Of a stretch of 64,000 bases of DNA, positions 58,594 through 64,000 are shown in pieces. Source of the DNA: Orbicella franksi (taxonomy: Eukaryota); NCBI GenBank assembly GCA_964199315.1, contig OZ116706.1, forward strand, positions 7,316,001 through 7,380,000, in the 5' to 3' direction. Made by a program: the position numbers and the translations under genes. A model generated the notes under the pieces. It was not told the origin of the DNA and did not search any database. It worked only from the letters and a program-made list of their open reading frames with translations. The first letter of the stretch is position 1. Each line of letters opens with the position of its first letter.

Positions 58594-59372
58594 GTAAGCT
58601 GACAAACAATGTAAAGGGTTTTGATGATAGCAAAATTCATCATTTGCGGCTGAAAGGAACAACGGTGAAACATACTCTTGTTCCCTCCCCCCACCGCTCT
58701 CTACCTGTGGAAGGAAAGCAGTTTGGTATGATCTGAATGGACGTGAAATCTGATTTGGTCGGGAGTTAGACTGGCGCAAATAGAAAATGATTTACCAATG
58801 CTGAGAATATCTAGGATTTCAGAGAAGTTGATATTTTGACTTGTCTGACGGTCGTTCAGTAGCTTGGCTTATAGAACGGTTTGATCACAGCAAACAAAGC
58901 AACGGCCATAGCAAAAGACCTTTACTCTAGCACAATAACAAGCTCACCAGGCCAGTCTTTCAGTTCCTTGTTCACGTGTGAAGTAACGTAAGCCGCATCG
59001 ACAATGGTGCGTAAACAGGGAAGCTTAACACGGTCGTTCCGTTGCGAAACCACCTACTAGAAAAGAAAAAAGCTGTCCCCCGAGACAATAAAATTTGGTA
59101 AGCTTTAGTGCTGATGAAACACTGCAGCGCCCCAAGCATTGAGGAAGTGGCGCAGAGCATTTTCGACGTGCTAAATTAACATGTGAAAGAGGAGGTTGGA
59201 GTTAAGTTTTGACACGTAGTTATGTTAACGATCCTAAATTCTCCCACGTCATTGTAAATTATCGATCTGTTTCCTCGTCCATGCGAAGTTCCTCGTACAT
59301 GTGCCTGTCGTCGAAATAGGTTTCCATATGACCGCTGCGAAAACGTTGAGCGATCCTAACGACTAACGTTCG

Positions 59373-59630
59373 TTAAGATAGAGCTAAAGTCAATCGCATA
59401 TATAAATAAATCAAACAAGAAAGACCGTGTTTTACCACATTTCTAAACATTTCTAGGAGAGAGTTGAAACTAAGACATGTAGCGGAGAATCTTTGACGAA
59501 CTTCGTGATGTTTGGAAACATGGTAAAACACTGTCTCGTTTGTTCGATGCATTTCCTCAATCAAGACTAAGGACGAGGTAGAGTGACCAAAAATAGTCAC
59601 AATCTATGCTAATTAATATCAGATATCCAG
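59373..59630. mobile_element. MITE-like interspersed repeat
   Basis: GTGTTTTACCACATTTCTAAAC / GTTTGGAAACATGGTAAAACAC internal inverted repeat. Confidence 0.45.
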
Positions 59631-60214
59631 ACTTTGCTGTGGTTATGAATTCCTTTGTTTAAACTTGATGAATTGGCAATGAGTTTGAGAGTCGGTGAAT
59701 AACACTCTGAAGCGGATTAATCGCTATCGAGTGGATGTTACGGTGATCACAGAACCAACCATGCTATCACCTGGATAGGTATTTCTCTTAGGATAGCGCT
59801 CTTCCTCCTTTGAACAACCATGCCCAGTGTCTTTGCAAAGTGCAGGTGCTTAGAATTAACGCTGTTTTGCTCAAGGAAGATGTTAAAAAGGAACTAATGA
59901 CGAGAAAAGCCTTCTCCGGGAGAAGAGTGGTGGTTGCATAGCAATACCTAAACGTGTTCTAAACATCCGCTTGTGAAGTAGACTTCCTCGTTTTGAGATG
60001 TCACTTCCTCGTCTGAGAAATGCAGCACGCAATGTGTTTCCGGAAATGTGACAGCAAACATGAGATTCCTTTAATTTACACGGCTAGTTTCAGTACAAGA
60101 TGACGACCACGAGCTCGGACTCGTACAAGCGCTTATATTGGTGTGAGTTATGTAACGTACCTTGCGAGAGTTTTTTATTGTTTCAAAGAGGTCGAGTTCA
60201 AGTGAAAGACTCTA

Positions 60215-60680
60215 GTGGAGAGAATAAATCTTTTACTGTATCTGTTTCGTGACTTTTTGAAATTGTCAAAAACGTGAAGAGTCTTGGCTCGCTTCCTCGT
60301 AATTGGTATTTTAATGTGTTTTCTGTGGAGGTCAAGTGTGAAGTAGTTACTGAGACAGTAATTTTTTTACTGTATGTATTTCGTGACTTTTGAAATTGTC
60401 AAGAACGTGAAGAGTCTTGGCTCGCTTCCTCGTAATTGGTATTTTAATGTGTTTTCTTTGGAGGTCAAGTGTGAGGTTCTTGCTAAGAGAATTAATCTTT
60501 TACTGTATCTATTTCGTGACTTTTTAAAATTGTCAAGAACGTGAAGAGCCTTGGCTCGCTTCCTCGTAATTGGAATTCTGATGTGTTTTCTGTGGAGGTC
60601 AAGCATGAGGTACTTGCTAAGAGAGTAAATCTTTTACTGTATCTATTTCGCATCTTTTTCACATTGTCAAAAGTGTCAGA
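60215..60680. repeat. Tandem repeat, unit ~134 bp, ~3.4 copies
   Basis: Units start at about 60227, 60360, 60494 and 60628 (AATCTTTTACTGTATC...CGTGAAGAGTCTTGGCTCGCTTCCTCGTAATTGG...GGAGGTCAAG). Confidence 0.9.
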
Positions 60681-63100
60681 TGCCTTGGCAAGCTTAATTA
60701 TCATTTTTCGTTAGTTTATTTCAGAATCTAGCTTTGCTTTTGTGCTTTAAAGGCTTGTTCCATCATATTAGTGTGAGATCAATTCTTTGTACGTGAGCAC
60801 AAATCTGTTTCTTAGCCCATTGCTGTAGGAAATCGTGTGTTCGAGATTTGGTTGGAGTGTTGGCGCTTGTTCAGACAGTAATCTTCGTAACACAGTAACT
60901 AATTAACTATTTAACTAATTACTGTCATTGCAGTGATGTCTTAAGTGTGCAGTCATAGCTTATTTCCTTTTAGTTTCAGTAACAATTAGATCCCTGCTGT
61001 GTGGGTTGTTCAAGTGCGTGACTAATTAAATGATAAGTGTTACTGTCGAGTCCTAATCATTGTGATCACCTGGAAAACGTGTATACAAACACTAGTGTGA
61101 GGGTAGATCACATCTAATGACAAGTGAGATGCACTCCGAGTTTTTAGGGCCATTGTTGCTGTAATGCTCTCGTTTTCAAGCCTGGGTCAGTGGGTTAAGA
61201 CTCTTAATTCGTTAATCTTTTAATGTATCTATTTCACGTGTTGTTCATTAATCAATTTCACGTCTCATTTGTGGAAAGGATGTGGAGTGTCATAGCCATT
61301 TCCTGTCAGGTGTGGCAATTCACGTTGGGTGGTATAATATGAGTTGAAGTGTACAAAGAGAGACTAATGACATCAGAAAGGCTATGACACGTTATCCAAA
61401 GTGTTTAATTAACAATCTGCTATGTAAACAGGTTCCTTCCTCCGAGAAAAGTGGCTGGCAAGGTTTCAAGCAGTGTGTGAAGAAAGAGATGTCCTTGTGA
61501 AAAGACTTGGGTTGATTATTTCTGTTTATCGAGGTTAGGATGGCTGGCAATGTTACAACTTGTACATGGACACGTACGCAACGATGGAGATAAGTGCACA
61601 CTGTTGTTGCGAATAATTTTCTGTAGTGCAGAGAAGAAAAAGGCGAATAAACAGAACGTAAAAAGTACAGTTAATGAGTGCTAGCGCATTTTCAAAAAGT
61701 CGCTCGGTATCTTCTGCAAGTTTGCACTTGATCTGACACATTTTGGTTTTCAACTGCATCTCATTTACTGTATTCGACGAATTAGATATCTTTCCCGAAT
61801 TAATCAAGCGAAGCCGCAGAACGACGCACTAAATGTAAAATTGTCCCACAATTAGCTGACAATTACACTAAACTATTATTCACTGTAACTGTATCAATTA
61901 ACCTTGGGTCTAACTACGATAATTGTTTGGCCTGCAAAGTGAACAATGGCGACATCAGACTCGTTCTTTTGCCAGGCGCTGTTTCAGTTACATTGAGGTA
62001 ACCTTGTTTGTACAATTAGCAGTATTTAACGACGTTTATCCAGTAATGATGTTAGAATCGGAGTGGTGCTAACTAGAGAGTGCTGACAAGACCCTCGCTA
62101 TGTTCCTCTCGATGACATCTGTGCTAAATTACTACCGAGGAAAACATTATCGCTCTTGTCCGGAAACGATTAGCAACCATTAGCGGTGAGCACGCGCGTC
62201 ATTATAAATACGTTAGTTGCCAGGGCATTTGGCAAAACGAATCATGCCTTATTTTATCAGTGAGGAACTAACTGAAGCCTGGCGGAACCGGCAAAATTAT
62301 TCTCTCATCCCTCGGTGTCTGAGCGCGTGGTGGAGACGCCATTTTTGCGGTTAACCCTAGAAAGGGCTTCAGTGTTTTAAATGGGCGCTCAGTAAAACAA
62401 GATAATGTGCGGCGGCAGTCAACAGACATTCGCTTTGACAGCTCTCTAGTTCTTTCTTAGTCTACTGTGGCTTTTGGATTGTTCTAGATGACGTCACGAG
62501 GTTAAGTGGCAGCATAAGGAGAGCTTGTGTTGGGTGCAAAACAGCTTTAGTCAGGACAAATTCTGGCCCTTCACCTGGAGGATTTTGTGTTAAAGTTGAT
62601 TTAAGCGATTCCAAGAAGGAAAACTTCACTCGAGAGTTGGCTGAGGATTGCGTGTATATGAAGATTATTCGCCAGTTTCGCCCTTTTAATCGTCGACTAG
62701 TCTAAGCTCGCATGGAAAGCCGCCTAAAGCCTCTTTAATCATTCCATCAATTTGTCTCGAGGCGAGCTTTGCCATTGTTACGTGTGCGCCACGTTCGGTG
62801 AAACAGCGATTTACCTGACACAACCAAGCGCGAAAGACATCACCAAGTAGCGTGTGAGAAGCGTGTGCAAGCAGGCCGGCCTGCTGCCCTTATCTCTAGA
62901 GTCCTATCACCTCATACTCCAAAACATCACGCAAGGTTTAACACGGAGGTCGACGGTATTTGAAACTTGTCTACAGCGCTGAATCAGATTTCTCGCAGTC
63001 ACATTCCAGTGCTCTCCATAAGTGCGCGTGTTCCGTTGATTAACGAGTAATAGCATTGACTGCGGACGTTATTGACGAGTCGCTCGCTACTAGCTCCGCC

Positions 63101-63577
63101 ATGTCTGTTTCTGTGGTGCTTCCTTTTTACACGGCATCGCTGGCCTTGCTGTTGGCGTTCGCCATCCTGCGGTTTTTATTCTGTACGCTTGTGTTTCGCA
63201 AGCTGGTCGTGAAACTCTTCATCAAGTTTGCCGGATGCCAGATCAGCCAAGAGGTGTACGGCAACAGTCTGTTTGGATGGGAGATGTACAAGGCTGTGAC
63301 GGAGACATTGATGATAGATCTTCAGAAAAAAGCCAAGCCCGGTAAAGAAGCCCCCAATCCCTCCCTCGTGTCTGCCGATGGTCAATCTCGATTGCATCTC
63401 TTAGACTTTGCCAAAGAGAGCAGGCCGCTTGTGGTCAATTTTGGCAGTTGCACGTGTCCTGTGTTCATGAAGAGATTGCGCGAGTTTGGCGAGATCATGG
63501 CGGACTTTGGCGACGTAGCTGACTTCCTAGTGATTTACATCTCAGAAGCGCACCCAACGGACGGATGGGCCTTCAAG
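63101..63577 (+). CDS. Iodothyronine deiodinase-like protein, first coding exon (the gene continues beyond it; Cys at the Sec position)
   Basis: ATG in a GCCATG context at 63101, an N-terminal hydrophobic anchor, GKEAPNP, LLDFAKESRPLVVNFGSCTCPVF and FLVIYISEAHPTDGWAFK, then a GT donor (AAG|GTAATC). These match the deiodinase motifs RPLVLNFGSCTUPxF and YIxEAHxxDGW. Confidence 0.9.
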
Positions 63578-64000
63578 GTAATCATAACAGTCCATGTGTA
63601 ATGTCTGAGTTGCTTACTAATACTTTGTTTGATCCTGGCTTATTTCCCAAATGTTGCTTTTGGCTCGGAGTATTGCATAAAGAATTAAGCGGCCTGTAAT
63701 TCTGGTTTAAACGTAGTTCACTCGTAGAGCCTAAGTTTTTACTGGGAGCTATGGTAGGGATGTTTACGCAAATTTGAGGAACCGTGAAATTATACCGTAC
63801 AGTATCTCGTACTGAAAGGAGACGTGTTTGAATAGCTAATGACGAAGGAAGGAAGGGCGAGCTTTACACTGATGTGCCATATCTACTTTTATTTGCACAA
63901 TTCAGACGGCTTTTGACGTGAAACAGCACCGCAGTTTAGAGGAACGGATTGAGGCGGCCCAGTTGTTGATGAATGCGTCCAAGCTGAAGGCGCCCTTGAT

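Noticed and set aside
60215-60680. CRISPR-like or retrozyme-like array
   Set aside because: Whole units repeat with no unique spacers, there are no cas genes, the context is eukaryotic, and there is no hammerhead core on either strand.
63056-63100. Upstream start for the deiodinase ORF
   Set aside because: It is a TTG start. The ATG at 63101 has a GCC Kozak context and directly precedes the membrane anchor.

Overview
Eukaryotic, intron-rich, AT-rich animal genomic DNA. Its repeat families and gene set suggest a hexacorallian cnidarian, probably a stony coral; this is an inference. I reconstructed the exons by hand from splice signals, reading-frame phase and recalled similarity to vertebrate proteins. 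The window holds: (1) the 3' 24 exons of a neurobeachin/LRBA gene (+, 141-23011; PH-BEACH-WD40); (2) an intronless Mab21 gene (6474-7553) nested in its ~8-kb PH-domain intron on the SAME strand, whereas vertebrate MAB21L1/NBEA and MAB21L2/LRBA pairs are antisense; (3) a complete 14-exon SEPT6/8/11-group septin (-, 429 aa); (4) a MICU2/3-type mitochondrial calcium uniporter regulator (+), head-to-head with the septin (236 bp between ATGs), containing a U12-type AT-AC intron and a 17.8-kb intron; (5) three intronless melatonin-receptor-like GPCR paralogues (-,+,-) nested in that large intron, with mosaic gene-conversion signatures; (6) the first coding exon of an iodothyronine deiodinase-like gene with Cys (TGT) at the selenocysteine position. 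Introns carry many MITE-like elements, CORE-type and other tRNA-derived SINEs, LINE relics and tandem repeats. No CRISPR, rRNA or convincingly functional tRNA was seen. No database searches were run, so the novelty of every finding still has to be checked.
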